Source: a virus
UHGV virus genome: UHGV-1378516
DNA length: 64,000 bases
Direction: 5' to 3' (one strand)
Shown: positions 45,243 to 55,609 of the stretch, piece by piece
Position numbering within the stretch: position 1 is the stretch's first letter
Layout of the letters: each line of letters opens with the position of its first letter
Notes under the pieces: generated by a model
Databases searched by the model: none
Told to the model about the DNA's origin: nothing
The model's input: the letters and a program-made list of their open reading frames with translations, nothing else
Program-made: the position numbers and the translations under genes

Positions 45243-45740
45243 TCAAGCACAGTTTGCTTTCATTACCTTATGGATTCTTTTTTCAGCATCTTCATAAGTT
45301 TCTTTAGTAATAAACTTAATTGCTGCAATATTGGCATTGTAGAAGAGTCTGAGCTTAGAGTCAATCCTTTTTGTCATTACATCGAATTTATGTTGAAGGT
45401 TTGCTTCACCATAGACTAGGCCACCTTTCGTGTAGTAGGTCTGAATAATGTAAAAGTCAAAAAATTCTTTTCCAAAGCTCTCAATATCTTTTTTAATATA
45501 CTCAGAAGAAGTTTCATAAGTCATCCAATCACTCTCCTTAGTGACTACCTTCTTCCGAGTCTTGCCAGCAACTTTTCTTTTAGTCACACTATTAAGCTGT
45601 TTCTTTCCGATATAATATTGTCCGGTTTTCTTACAGTGTACTAAATAGACAAAACCAAAATGTTTAGTGGGGTCAACTTCCCCACATAAAGATACCCAAT
45701 GACCATAGGTGGGGCAATTGCCAAATCCTTTAATCTTCAT
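45243..45740 (-). CDS. GIY-YIG homing-endonuclease-like protein
   Basis: GIY-YIG-type N-terminus FGFVYLVHCKKTGQYYIGK. Confidence 0.5.
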   Translation of the reverse strand: MKIKGFGNCPTYGHWVSLCGEVDPTKHFGFVYLVHCKKTGQYYIGKKQLNSVTKRKVAGKTRKKVVTKESDWMTYETSSEYIKKDIESFGKEFFDFYIIQTYYTKGGLVYGEANLQHKFDVMTKRIDSKLRLFYNANIAAIKFITKETYEDAEKRIHKVMKANCA

Positions 45741-46770
45741 TCATACGTGGCTCCCAATTATATTTCTTAAAAGAGAAATTATCTTTTGGATTTCTTTCTT
45801 GATAAGCTATCCAGAAATGCTGTTCCATTAACTCTAACGGTGTCTTTGTAACTGTCTGTCCATCCCATGATACATAGGTGTAAGAGTCTTTTTTAGCATA
45901 GAGTTCATAGATAGCATCAAGACACTCTTTGTATGTCTCTTTGCCATCTAAAGCATTCATCACAGCTACTTTACCAGCACCTTTAAGGCCAAAGTAGTTG
46001 TCTGCATTATCTCCAGCAACAGCCTGATAGCACAAGAATTTAAAACCTACACCAACTGTTTTTGCAGCTTTTGGTTTTGATTTGATAGGACAATCCCAGA
46101 TATCACCAACATTATTATCAGCAATAAAGATTAGTGGTGATTTTTCATAAGTCATATCAATACAATAAGTTCCTTCAGCTTGTCGAAGGTCTTTGTCAAT
46201 ACTCATAAGAGCAGCCTTCTTACCCATCTTTTCAGCTTTAGCAATTACGATTGAATCGGCTTCGAAGCCTCCCTTTAAGAGCTTGAACTCTGGTCTGGAT
46301 AAAAGGTATTCACGACAAGCGACTAAGTGTGTTGGTGTGACAGCATCTTTACGGTTACCTTGATATTGGTGCTCAAGACCTTTAATGTCTTTATGTTTAT
46401 GCACACCTTTCTCTGTTAAATAACCCACCCAAGTTCTTTCTTTACCAACAACCTTAAGCCATTCCTGAAGAACCTGTTGAGTAGCCATGATAGCTTCTTT
46501 TTCACTCTTAGCTTCTTTCCAAGTTTGTCTTTCCCATTCATCTTCATCAAATGTCAGGCCAAGCTCTTCCACAAGGATTCTCTGGTCTGCTAACCATCTT
46601 GCAGCATCTTTCGCATTATCAAATGGTTCAGATTCTTCTGCTGTGAGTTTATTAACGTATTTATACTTTGCTTTCTCAACTACACAAGCACCTTTATAGG
46701 CAATGCTGTCAGAGTCAATAAAGACATGTGTAACTGAATCGGGAAGCTTTGTTAATGTGTACTTCTCCAT
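45730..46770 (-). CDS. 5'-3' exonuclease / flap endonuclease (FEN-like)
   Basis: Asp clusters FIDSDSIAY, MSIDKDL and H3TH-like AGDNADNYFGLKGAGKV. Confidence 0.6.
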   Translation of the reverse strand: MEKYTLTKLPDSVTHVFIDSDSIAYKGACVVEKAKYKYVNKLTAEESEPFDNAKDAARWLADQRILVEELGLTFDEDEWERQTWKEAKSEKEAIMATQQVLQEWLKVVGKERTWVGYLTEKGVHKHKDIKGLEHQYQGNRKDAVTPTHLVACREYLLSRPEFKLLKGGFEADSIVIAKAEKMGKKAALMSIDKDLRQAEGTYCIDMTYEKSPLIFIADNNVGDIWDCPIKSKPKAAKTVGVGFKFLCYQAVAGDNADNYFGLKGAGKVAVMNALDGKETYKECLDAIYELYAKKDSYTYVSWDGQTVTKTPLELMEQHFWIAYQERNPKDNFSFKKYNWEPRMNED

Positions 46771-46783
46771 TATGGCTCTCCAT

Positions 46784-46816
46784 ATGAAAAAGCCCCATAC
46801 TAAGTACAGGGCTTTA
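46784..46816 (-). terminator. rho-independent terminator
   Basis: 7-bp stem AAAGCCC/GGGCTTT + T-run on minus strand. Confidence 0.5.
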
Positions 46817-46832
46817 AAGTAACTTTTAGAGA

Positions 46833-47690
46833 TTAGTCTTCTGTATCGAAGTCTTCCTCTTCTTCGTCATCTGGGTCCGGCAAGTCTTCGTCATCACCAT
46901 CATCAGAGTCATTCGAAGGTTTGTGGTCTGTTGCATCTTCTTCAGTGATTTCACCGTTATCTTCAACGCCATCAAGACCAAGCATAGCCAGTTCATCTTC
47001 ATCCAGTTCAGGTTCACCGTTAGCACCGTTACCCCCAGTGTAAGGTACAAGAGTATCAATGATAAACTGTTCCTGAATAGGTTTTGTCAGAACGTTATTC
47101 TCAAAAGTGTAGAAGTGAGTAGAGAGAATCACACTACCAAAAGAACCGTTACCAACTGCAATATCTGGATGAATTACATCATAGTTCTTATCATCTTCAT
47201 GTTTGTCAGATGCTTGAGCTTTGATTTTCTTCATCGGCTGTTTAACAGCTACACGCTTACCATTTACTTCTTCAATCAGCATTACAGGGAATGACTGTTT
47301 AGCTGTCCACACAGCACCATCTTTATAAGCTGCTGCACGACTTACTTTCAAGATGTAGTAAGTATCTGCTTCAAATGGTGGTTTGCAACCAAACTTCTCT
47401 TCGAAGTCATCTGCATCAACTGCTTCAGTAGTAACTTTATCCCAACCTTCTGGGTTTTTCTTAGACTTAGTAAACTCTTTAAACAGCTTGTTACCATCTT
47501 CTGCCAGAATTGAAACGCTGTAGTTACAGTCTTTGCCTGGGAATTTCTTATCAATGGACTTACCTTTTCCCGGACGTGGTGAAGTGTTCAGGTAATAAAA
47601 CCAGACATCTTTCAGAAGGTAACGCAGAGTTTGACGTTCAGTACCGTTGTACTTCTCTACCGGAGCTTTCATTTTAACAACTTTAGACAT
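46833..47690 (-). CDS. single-stranded DNA-binding protein candidate (T7 gp2.5-like acidic C-terminal tail)
   Basis: Very acidic C-terminus ...DDGDDEDLPDPDDEEEEDFDTED; genomic context among replication genes. Confidence 0.4.
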   Translation of the reverse strand: MSKVVKMKAPVEKYNGTERQTLRYLLKDVWFYYLNTSPRPGKGKSIDKKFPGKDCNYSVSILAEDGNKLFKEFTKSKKNPEGWDKVTTEAVDADDFEEKFGCKPPFEADTYYILKVSRAAAYKDGAVWTAKQSFPVMLIEEVNGKRVAVKQPMKKIKAQASDKHEDDKNYDVIHPDIAVGNGSFGSVILSTHFYTFENNVLTKPIQEQFIIDTLVPYTGGNGANGEPELDEDELAMLGLDGVEDNGEITEEDATDHKPSNDSDDGDDEDLPDPDDEEEEDFDTED

Positions 47691-47762
47691 TATTTAAACC
47701 TCTATCTCAATTTATGAAGAGTACCAATTCTAATTTGTTGATACTCTATTGTCAAACATTAA

Positions 47763-47912
47763 TTACTGGAAGTTGTGCTTATCTTTAGAAGCTGCTTTAC
47801 GTGCAGTTTTTCCAGTTCTTACACGCTTCTCTTCATAGTATTTTGCTGGTTTTCCAGCAGTGGCTTTTAAGGAATCCCCAAAAACTTTTTCAAATGCTTT
47901 AGAGTGTTTCAT
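47763..47912 (-). CDS. small basic protein (49 aa), not in ORF track
   Basis: ATG coupled (ATGA) to stop of upstream gene, GGAGAA RBS. Confidence 0.35.
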   Translation of the reverse strand: MKHSKAFEKVFGDSLKATAGKPAKYYEEKRVRTGKTARKAASKDKHNFQ

Positions 47913-48202
47913 GATATTCTCCGATATACTTGATATTCAAACACATTTTCTTTTATTACAAACAGCCAACCAATATTATGTTCAGGCATAGTGATGATGA
48001 CTGTGACAGTATTGTGATAGGACTTTTTCTCTACTTCGACACCACCATCACATTTCATGTAGAGCATTCTATAGAACCTATCAACCTTTGTCAAACACTC
48101 TTCCTGAAATTTATTTAAACTTTTTTCTTCAAAGAAGGGTATGAACCCCTCTCTTTTATAGCTATCACTCAGTTTCGAACGGGCAGTCATCTGCATCCTC
48201 AC
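47909..48202 (-). CDS. hypothetical protein (97 aa)
   Basis: ORF track. Confidence 0.45.
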   Translation of the reverse strand: MRMQMTARSKLSDSYKREGFIPFFEEKSLNKFQEECLTKVDRFYRMLYMKCDGGVEVEKKSYHNTVTVIITMPEHNIGWLFVIKENVFEYQVYRRIS

Positions 48203-50156
48203 TTAATACAGGTGGAATCGTTGAGCTTTGACGCTGCTCATCAGTATAGACTTCACCAGTCTCACGGTCAAACACTTCATCCTCATAATGTGGCAAAGAG
48301 TCATCGTAATGGTCTTCAGCCTCACCAATACCAAACTGTTGACGGATATTTTCTGCTGCACCATCAATGTCAACTCCACAACCAGATGCTTTAATGAGAC
48401 GCCCTGTATCTGGATTGTACCAAGTATGACCAGCAATACCCGTTGACTTACCGTGACGACGACATTTAGTTAACTTGATTTTTGTCAAGTTTTTCTTAAC
48501 AGGGTCTGGGTCAACCTTGTTGCGCATTAACAGAATGTTGTTCATAGAAATCTGGAAATACGCACCAGAGCCTTTAATATCCTCTTCAGAGATATCTCCA
48601 CCTTCAGAGTTAGCTTTCTGACCACCTGCACTCTTACGAACGTGACAGACGTTTACCTGTGCATACTGGTAGCGTTTACAACGACGCAATAGCTCAGACA
48701 AAACTTCCTCTTCATCCGTATCGGAACGTGACAGAGCCAATGTAATAGGGTCAAGAATGATAATCTTGCAATCTAAACTGTTAACAAGATAGTCAACAAA
48801 TTCCAGCAGGTTATCTTGGTCAATTGCCCCTTGATGGTCAACGATATGTATACGACGGCCTTTAGACAGTTCTGCGTGTGCTTCCTTCAATTCATCCCAA
48901 TCACGTTCGTCATAAGGAATCTCAGAAATCTGCTTGCTCAGGTGGATTGCACAGAGCATTTCCATAAGTTCTTCGTAAGTATCTTCTACAGGAATTACAC
49001 CGATATTGTAATCAGTTTCTTTCCAAGCTGAATAAATCATCTCACGAGTGTAAGCTGACTTACCTACTGAAGATGGTGCTGCAATAGTCGTAATCTCACC
49101 CAAACCATAACCACCGTAAGTCAGTCTGTTCAAATCCCCGAAAGATTCTGGGAAAGGAATCAATGGAATCTGACCACGATTCTTCATTGCCTCAAAACCA
49201 TCTGCAAAGTTCTTGATACCAGCAGGACAGTAACGAGGTGCGTTGTAGATACGCTGCTTAAATCCTTCCAGAACTGTGTCTTTCTCTTTATAGAACTTTG
49301 TCCACCATTCGTTAAGGTCTTTTACACCCTCTGGATACTGGAATAAACGAACCTTCTCAATAGGTAAGATACCAGCAGCCTCTTTGGTAGCTTTAGCACC
49401 TGCTTCATCGTTATCAAAGCACAAGTAGATTTCATCAAATGATGTGATGTACTGATAGTTATCTTTGATAGACTTGATGTTTGCACCTGACGGAACAGAT
49501 ACATGACAGTAATTCTTACGACGAGACTTGTCTTTAATCGCAAGAGAGGTCATATAGATTGCTGTCGCACATTCCATCTCACCTTCCCAGATGAATAGAC
49601 GGTTACCACCTTCTGGAGCAATCCATGAACCGAACATTGCCAGTTCACCTTTAATGTCTCCAACACCACCTGAAAAGTCTTTTAGCTTACCACGTAGGTG
49701 CTCTTTTGGATGGTCTTCTGGGTAACGGTGACGAACACGGTAGCCAACATGTTCTAGCTTACCATCTTCATTACGTTTGTAAGTTGGATAGAAGTGCGCA
49801 TCAATTTCACCGTCACTGTCAATGTCAACCTTGATACCTAAGCGTTCAAGGACTTTTGCAGGAATCTTCCTATCTTTCAAGTCCATTGCTTCTAGGTTTT
49901 CTTTTACATCGTCTAAATCCATTCCACGGAAAGTACGGTTTTTATTGTCTGAACCAGTAGAATAAGTGCTCACGATTTGTCCTTTATCAAAATCCCATTC
50001 TGGGAAACCTTTGTTACAACTAAAGCAAGTCATTGAATAAGAATCATCGTCATGATGATAGATTGAACCAGCATCTGATGAACCACAACGTGGACATGCG
50101 CAATGACCAACAAACTGACCAGCCTCTTTCAATTTACGACCTTTAGACATTAGCAC
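48165..50156 (-). CDS. bifunctional DNA primase-helicase (T7 gp4-like)
   Basis: N-terminal Cys4 zinc finger CPRCGSSD...CFSCNKG, central TOPRIM-like region, C-terminal Walker A APSSVGKSAYTRE. Confidence 0.8.
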   Translation of the reverse strand: MLMSKGRKLKEAGQFVGHCACPRCGSSDAGSIYHHDDDSYSMTCFSCNKGFPEWDFDKGQIVSTYSTGSDNKNRTFRGMDLDDVKENLEAMDLKDRKIPAKVLERLGIKVDIDSDGEIDAHFYPTYKRNEDGKLEHVGYRVRHRYPEDHPKEHLRGKLKDFSGGVGDIKGELAMFGSWIAPEGGNRLFIWEGEMECATAIYMTSLAIKDKSRRKNYCHVSVPSGANIKSIKDNYQYITSFDEIYLCFDNDEAGAKATKEAAGILPIEKVRLFQYPEGVKDLNEWWTKFYKEKDTVLEGFKQRIYNAPRYCPAGIKNFADGFEAMKNRGQIPLIPFPESFGDLNRLTYGGYGLGEITTIAAPSSVGKSAYTREMIYSAWKETDYNIGVIPVEDTYEELMEMLCAIHLSKQISEIPYDERDWDELKEAHAELSKGRRIHIVDHQGAIDQDNLLEFVDYLVNSLDCKIIILDPITLALSRSDTDEEEVLSELLRRCKRYQYAQVNVCHVRKSAGGQKANSEGGDISEEDIKGSGAYFQISMNNILLMRNKVDPDPVKKNLTKIKLTKCRRHGKSTGIAGHTWYNPDTGRLIKASGCGVDIDGAAENIRQQFGIGEAEDHYDDSLPHYEDEVFDRETGEVYTDEQRQSSTIPPVLSEDADDCPFETE

Positions 50157-50343
50157 CTCTTCGTTGTAGTTCTGCCCTCAATCCATTTTCAATCTTGTCC
50201 AGTTCATGAATTTCATCTGCAATCTCTTTCCTTCGTGATTCAACTCTCTTAAGACGTTCAATCATTACCTCATTGGAAAGAGATGAGAGTTCCACTAAAC
50301 GGTGGTCAATAACTTTAAAATTGTCTTTTACTCTCATCTTCAT
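50143..50343 (-). CDS. hypothetical coiled-coil protein (66 aa)
   Basis: ORF track. Confidence 0.4.
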   Translation of the reverse strand: MKMRVKDNFKVIDHRLVELSSLSNEVMIERLKRVESRRKEIADEIHELDKIENGLRAELQRRGANV

Positions 50344-50351
50344 TCTCTCTT

Positions 50352-51095
50352 TTAAACTTTAATGATGGCTCTTAGCTTGTTCTCAAGGTCTGCAAGAGTA
50401 CCATTATTATGAATAATGTCACGCTCATATTTTGTAGAAATACCATTTTCTGAAACATGTGATGAAACTTTGTCCACATTGTCTCTTTTTACTTCAATAG
50501 TTTGGTGTGCAAATCTACTCAGCCATTCAGCTTCAGAGTCAAATCTTAAATCACTGATTAAGACAAAACCATATTGATTTCTAAGTGAGCACATTTCATG
50601 GAATCTAACCATTCTTTTTTCAAGGTCTTTAGACCAGAACTTGTCGCCCATTACTTTACGGACAACTTCAGTACCCCAAATCTGTTGAATTTGTCTTGAT
50701 GAGAATTTATACTTTTTACTAAACCCCAGACGTGTCAATAGAGTCGGTTTAGCAACCTTCTTAAGCTCCATGATTAATCGTCCGGTTAACTCTGACATAA
50801 GCTTGAAGTCCATATGGTAACGTTCATCTCTGAAGGTGAACTCCATAGCTTCCGTAACTTTAAACATCAGTTCAGGATATGATAAGTCAAAAACCTGTGG
50901 AGTCTCTTTAGTTTCACCGTACAGGTCATTCCAAGTCAAGTCAAATATCTTTGATGCAGATAGTTTAAGGTTGTCTGCAAAGGCCATTACTTCAACATTG
51001 TAGCCATACTCATCCTCTAAGATGTTCTTCACAATAGAACATGAGGTGTCTTTTCCAGAACGTGCCTTTCCAGTAAATGCGATAATATTACTCAT
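50352..51095 (-). CDS. deoxynucleoside monophosphate kinase (T4 gp1-like)
   Basis: P-loop FTGKARSGKDT closely matching T4 gp1 N-terminus; 247 aa. Confidence 0.7.
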   Translation of the reverse strand: MSNIIAFTGKARSGKDTSCSIVKNILEDEYGYNVEVMAFADNLKLSASKIFDLTWNDLYGETKETPQVFDLSYPELMFKVTEAMEFTFRDERYHMDFKLMSELTGRLIMELKKVAKPTLLTRLGFSKKYKFSSRQIQQIWGTEVVRKVMGDKFWSKDLEKRMVRFHEMCSLRNQYGFVLISDLRFDSEAEWLSRFAHQTIEVKRDNVDKVSSHVSENGISTKYERDIIHNNGTLADLENKLRAIIKV

Positions 51096-51113
51096 TTTAT
51101 CTCCATTAATTAC

Positions 51114-51140
51114 TAAAAAGCCCCCAACTAAGGAGGCTTG
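51114..51140 (-). terminator. terminator-like hairpin
   Basis: AGCCTCC...GGGGGCT stem + T-run on minus strand. Confidence 0.45.
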
Positions 51141-51156
51141 TAAGATTTATAAAGAC

Positions 51157-51957
51157 TTAGTGCAGTTGCTCAGCAGACTCTTTTTCAGCCATAGCTGAGA
51201 GTTGCTTCACAAAATCATCACCGAAGTTAATGCGTAGTTTCTCTTCAATGATGGAAGCACCAATGTTCACCAAAACATCATTGATTGCTTGCATACTGAC
51301 GCCACCAGTCATCTCTTCAATGAACTCAATACTCACACCCATCATCTGTGAAAGTTGTATTAGTGCAACGATATTCATCATCGTAGAGATAGCTGGAATC
51401 ATCAGTGCAACTTTCACCTGAAGAGGTTCTATATCAGCTACAGAGTCATTTTCAATAGCTTCTTCCAAAGACTCTTTAGTTTGCTGGATAATTTCTTTGA
51501 TTCGTGGGCTTAATTCTTCTACGCCCCAATCAAGTTTTTCATATCGTGAAAGTTTCTCTTCCATACGCTTCTCAAGAACAGCCATAACAGCACTTGTTGA
51601 TGAGATAAGCGTATCAATAATGAAATCAGTGTCCTTAGTCAGCAACAGCTCCTTATCTTCGTCTGACATCCTGATATAGTCATTTCTCTGCATCTCATAA
51701 AAAATGAACTCTGCAAGAGCATCAACACCAACCGCAATAGATGCCAGAGCAAGTGTTTTGTCGCAAAGCATCATGTTAACCTGTTCTGCAAAAGCATCGT
51801 TATCAGACTTGTCTTTAGGCAGATTGTAGCTTGCAGGCATAAACTGTTCTGTATAGTTGTTACCACGAAGAATCATAGCCATGCTTTCTACGGCATTGAT
51901 TAAAAATGCTTCGTCAATACCTTTTTCTTCAAGCATCTTTTCTACATCGATATTCAT
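51157..51957 (-). CDS. hypothetical acidic protein (266 aa)
   Basis: ORF track. Confidence 0.5.
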   Translation of the reverse strand: MNIDVEKMLEEKGIDEAFLINAVESMAMILRGNNYTEQFMPASYNLPKDKSDNDAFAEQVNMMLCDKTLALASIAVGVDALAEFIFYEMQRNDYIRMSDEDKELLLTKDTDFIIDTLISSTSAVMAVLEKRMEEKLSRYEKLDWGVEELSPRIKEIIQQTKESLEEAIENDSVADIEPLQVKVALMIPAISTMMNIVALIQLSQMMGVSIEFIEEMTGGVSMQAINDVLVNIGASIIEEKLRINFGDDFVKQLSAMAEKESAEQLH

Positions 51958-51958
51958 A

Positions 51959-52381
51959 TTATTTCTCTCTCAGTTGGTTAAGTTTCTTTCTAGAACATTT
52001 TAAGTTTTCAGATGAAGAAAAGTCAAGTGTCTTTTCAGAACGTGGATAGTAATGCCTATCCCAAGAAGTTTCAACATCGTTAATCAGTGATGCTAGATTA
52101 CACAGGTCTGTACCACTTTGCAACCTCTTTTTAAGAGAATCTAGTAAAGCAACTGTGTCTTTAGCTTTACGTCTCGCTGTAGCAACATCTTTCATATGCT
52201 CAAATACAGAGCATTTTAAGTCATCTTCATAGTCTTCTGATAACTCTATCTCATGTTGTATATCAACCATTCTCCTGTGATGGTGAGCATATTCCCGTTG
52301 AGCAGCAATGTCAAGTTCTTCCAACTTCTGCAAAGCTCTAACAAAGTCAGCTATGTCTGGGTGAACAAACATTTTCTGCAT
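51959..52381 (-). CDS. hypothetical protein (140 aa), first gene of long minus block
   Basis: ORF track. Confidence 0.5.
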   Translation of the reverse strand: MQKMFVHPDIADFVRALQKLEELDIAAQREYAHHHRRMVDIQHEIELSEDYEDDLKCSVFEHMKDVATARRKAKDTVALLDSLKKRLQSGTDLCNLASLINDVETSWDRHYYPRSEKTLDFSSSENLKCSRKKLNQLREK

Positions 52382-52570
52382 GTAAGCCTCTTTTAAGTAA
52401 CTATTAAGTTTTAATCTTTTATCTTAACGTATTCTATACGTTATACTTTAAAGCTTTTTAAAAGCTATTAAATAATCTTTTAAGAGTTTTAAAGTATCTG
52501 TATAGTTAAACTGTTAAGTAACCTTTTAAGTAAAAACCCACTTCGCAAAGATTAACACCTTGTCAAGTAC

Positions 52571-52600
52571 ATTGTCAACTTGCTTTTTATAATTTTTTGC
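52571..52600 (+). promoter_or_regulatory. promoter/operator-like element CCTTGTCAAGTACATTGTCAAC + TTATAAT upstream of DNA polymerase
   Basis: Direct TTGTCAA repeat; TATAAT-like hexamer 52590-52596; copy of 8249-8270 element. Confidence 0.4.
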
Positions 52601-52638
52601 AGTAATGTATGAGGTTAATGCTTTTAGAGGGAGTAAAA

Positions 52639-55338
52639 ATGGAAAACGTAGATTTTAAAAACTTACATTTAGTTGGTGATACAGAAACTGATGGTTTACT
52701 CCTTGAGTTCACTAAAGTTCACGTAATGGCTTTCGCAGACTACAAATCTGACGACGAAGAACCACCAGTATGGGTTTTTACTGATGAGCCTATTCTCGGT
52801 CACAAGTACACTAAGTACATCAAGGGTGGATTACGTGAAGGTATTGAGTTTGCGTTGAAGGCAAAACGACTTTGTATCCATAATGGTCTCGGTTATGACT
52901 GGTGGGTTTTCAATCACATTGCGCCGGATTTATGGAACTTTGATAATCCAAAATGTAAGCCGTGGAGTAATTTCTTTCAGGACTCTCTTATCCAGTCTCG
53001 TGTTCAGTGGATGGATAGACCAACTCCAAAGGGTTATAAAGGTGCTCATGGTTTGGCTGCATGGGGTGCTCGTGTTGGTGTTCGTAAACCAGAGATTGAA
53101 CATTGGGGTGTGTGGAATGCAGAAATCTTCACTCGTGTTGTAGAAGATATCCGTATTAACGCCAAAACTAAACGGGCACTTGATAACGAGTATCTCAAGC
53201 TTAAGAAGTGTGGTATAGACACTTATGAAACTTACATGCGAGCTAAAGAGACATCTTTCTGGATGAGCCAACAAGCTATCAATGGTTGGAAAGCTGATAA
53301 GGAGCTTATGGAGTTCCATGTAAAGGAACTTGACAAGTTGACTAATGAGCTTGCTTCAGAGGTTGAACCACACCTTCCTCCAACTATTAAGACCAAAGGT
53401 AAAGTCACTGGAGAAGAGTTTGCAAAAGCTTGGAATGAGTATGTTGAAACATTTGGTCATGCAGATGGACTGAAGAGAATTACCAAGTATCCTAAGACAA
53501 AGTATCGTCAACAGGTGCGTAACGGTGAGATGCAGACATACGAAATCAAGCCATTTGGTAAGCCAACTACAAAGATTTTTAACATTGAAAAGAGGAATTG
53601 CTATACACCAACCAACTCTGTAACTGGCGAAGAGTACAAGGAAGGATTTGTAGCAATGAAGGATGCTCGTGCAATTTGCAATGAGTTGAACGCAAAGATT
53701 GGTAAGAAATGCAAAGACTGGAAGCCAGTAAAAACAGTCAAAACTGTGAAGTACTATAACAGCCACGTTGTTAATCACTTTGAACTTGAGTCAAGTCGCT
53801 ACACAGGTTTGATTGATGCACCATATACACCAATTGAGTTTGAAGTTTCTCGTATGACTCAGGTAGCAGTTGTTAAAGACTACTTGAAATCAGTTGGTTG
53901 GATTCCAGATGACTGGAATTACAAAAAAGACTCAGATGGTCGCCCTGTCAAAGTTTGTCGTTTCAAAGACAATAAAAAGATGATTACAAAGCATCCTAAG
54001 TGGCAGGAAATGGTTGAGCGGTGTGGTTTGAGTTATGTTGAACATGAAGGTGTACAGTACATCGAGCATAACTGGTCTGTGAAGAAATACACAGATTTGC
54101 TTGAACCTTGCTTAATCCGTACTTCACCAAAACTTACTGAATCATCTTATGATACGATTGAAGGTGAGCTTGGACAGAAGATTGCTAAGTACTATACTTT
54201 GATGCACCGACGCAGAACTATTGAGAACTCAAAGGATGATGAAAAAGGTTGGTTGAACCAGATTCGTCCTGATGGTCGCCTTAGTGCTGGTGCAATGGTG
54301 TTTGGCACTTCAACTGGACGTATGACACAATATGGTATTGTAAACGTACCGTCTGGTGCTGCTGTCTATGGGGAACCAATGAGGGCAGTGTGGATTTGTG
54401 AAGAAGGTACTAACGTTGTCTCTGTAGACATGAACTCAGCCCAGCTAGTTCTCCTTTGTAACTTTATGGGTGACAAAGACTTCACCAAAGCGGTAACGCA
54501 AGGTAAAGAAGAGATTGAGTTTATTCGTCAAGAAGATGGACGCTATTACTGCAAACACTTTGATGAGTACCTCAACCCAGAGATTGATAAGTACCTTCGT
54601 TATGACTCTGAGAATGACCTGTACGTTGTCTATTCAGGGACTGATGCACATACACTGAACAGTATTTACTTTAGCTTGAATGATGAGCAGGATATTTTGA
54701 CTTGTCGAGCTACTCAGGATGAGAACCTTCTCCATGAGATTAGTAAGGGTCGTAAGAAAGCTAAGAATGGTATCTATGCACTGCTGTTCGGTGCAGGTGA
54801 TGAGAAGTTTGCTAAGACGATTAAAGCTGCAACTACTCAGGAAGGCGCACTAACTAAACAGACTTACTTTATTCGTTTGCCTAAAATTAAGAAGCTGCTA
54901 GATGACTTGGAAGCTGACTACAAAGCAACTAAAAAGGCACTTGAAGAGGTGTTTGGTAAGACTGCTGCAATCTCTAAAGGGGGTTTTGTAAAGGTTGCTG
55001 GAGCTTGGTTGTGGTGTAAATCTCCACACAAACTGTTGAACTATCTTTTGATGGGTTCAGAGGCTCAGATTCAAAATGAGGCAATTAACCTTGCTTGTCG
55101 TCGTATGATTGACGAAGGTTTGATGAAGTTGAATGGTCGTCAACCAGCTATTGGTGCTCGTTTGCTCTGCGCATATCACGATGAAACAAGTTGGGAATGT
55201 CCAGAAAGTATGACGGCAGAAGTGAAAGCAGTTACTGACTGGTATTATGGACAAGCTTCTAAAAACTTAGGTCTTAAGAAAGAAACACTTGTTACAGGTA
55301 CTGGTAAGGTTGGTAAAAGCTGGCTTGAGGTTCACTAA
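52639..55338 (+). CDS. DNA polymerase, family A, with 3'-5' exonuclease domain
   Basis: Start at ATG 52639 with GAGGGAG RBS; Exo I DTETDGL; motif A-like VSVDMNSAQLVLL; motif B-like KGRKKAKNGIYALLFGAG; motif C YHDE. Confidence 0.85.
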   Translation: MENVDFKNLHLVGDTETDGLLLEFTKVHVMAFADYKSDDEEPPVWVFTDEPILGHKYTKYIKGGLREGIEFALKAKRLCIHNGLGYDWWVFNHIAPDLWNFDNPKCKPWSNFFQDSLIQSRVQWMDRPTPKGYKGAHGLAAWGARVGVRKPEIEHWGVWNAEIFTRVVEDIRINAKTKRALDNEYLKLKKCGIDTYETYMRAKETSFWMSQQAINGWKADKELMEFHVKELDKLTNELASEVEPHLPPTIKTKGKVTGEEFAKAWNEYVETFGHADGLKRITKYPKTKYRQQVRNGEMQTYEIKPFGKPTTKIFNIEKRNCYTPTNSVTGEEYKEGFVAMKDARAICNELNAKIGKKCKDWKPVKTVKTVKYYNSHVVNHFELESSRYTGLIDAPYTPIEFEVSRMTQVAVVKDYLKSVGWIPDDWNYKKDSDGRPVKVCRFKDNKKMITKHPKWQEMVERCGLSYVEHEGVQYIEHNWSVKKYTDLLEPCLIRTSPKLTESSYDTIEGELGQKIAKYYTLMHRRRTIENSKDDEKGWLNQIRPDGRLSAGAMVFGTSTGRMTQYGIVNVPSGAAVYGEPMRAVWICEEGTNVVSVDMNSAQLVLLCNFMGDKDFTKAVTQGKEEIEFIRQEDGRYYCKHFDEYLNPEIDKYLRYDSENDLYVVYSGTDAHTLNSIYFSLNDEQDILTCRATQDENLLHEISKGRKKAKNGIYALLFGAGDEKFAKTIKAATTQEGALTKQTYFIRLPKIKKLLDDLEADYKATKKALEEVFGKTAAISKGGFVKVAGAWLWCKSPHKLLNYLLMGSEAQIQNEAINLACRRMIDEGLMKLNGRQPAIGARLLCAYHDETSWECPESMTAEVKAVTDWYYGQASKNLGLKKETLVTGTGKVGKSWLEVH

Positions 55339-55399
55339 TTAGTATTGACAAGGTGCTCATGGAAGAGTACCTTATACTGTATCTTATATAGGAGTGATT

Positions 55400-55609
55400 A
55401 TGAGCCACCGTGGAAGAACCCATGCAGCAATGATGAAAGGTGCTTCAAAGGAAACCATCAAGAATCGTAAGCAGAAGTTGTTTGAGAGAATGAACAGGCT
55501 AATTGATAATTCATCTCTTTCAGGTTCTGAGAAGGTTTTCTTGAAAGGTAATCTGAAAAGCATTGCACAAGAGCTTATTGACATTGAATATTGGAGACAT
55601 CAAAAATGA
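55400..55609 (+). CDS. hypothetical protein (69 aa)
   Basis: ATG with GGAGTG RBS. Confidence 0.4.
   Translation: MSHRGRTHAAMMKGASKETIKNRKQKLFERMNRLIDNSSLSGSEKVFLKGNLKSIAQELIDIEYWRHQK

Noticed and set aside
46923-47294. Plus-strand 123-aa ORF
   Set aside because: Antisense within the SSB-like gene and AT-biased; spurious.
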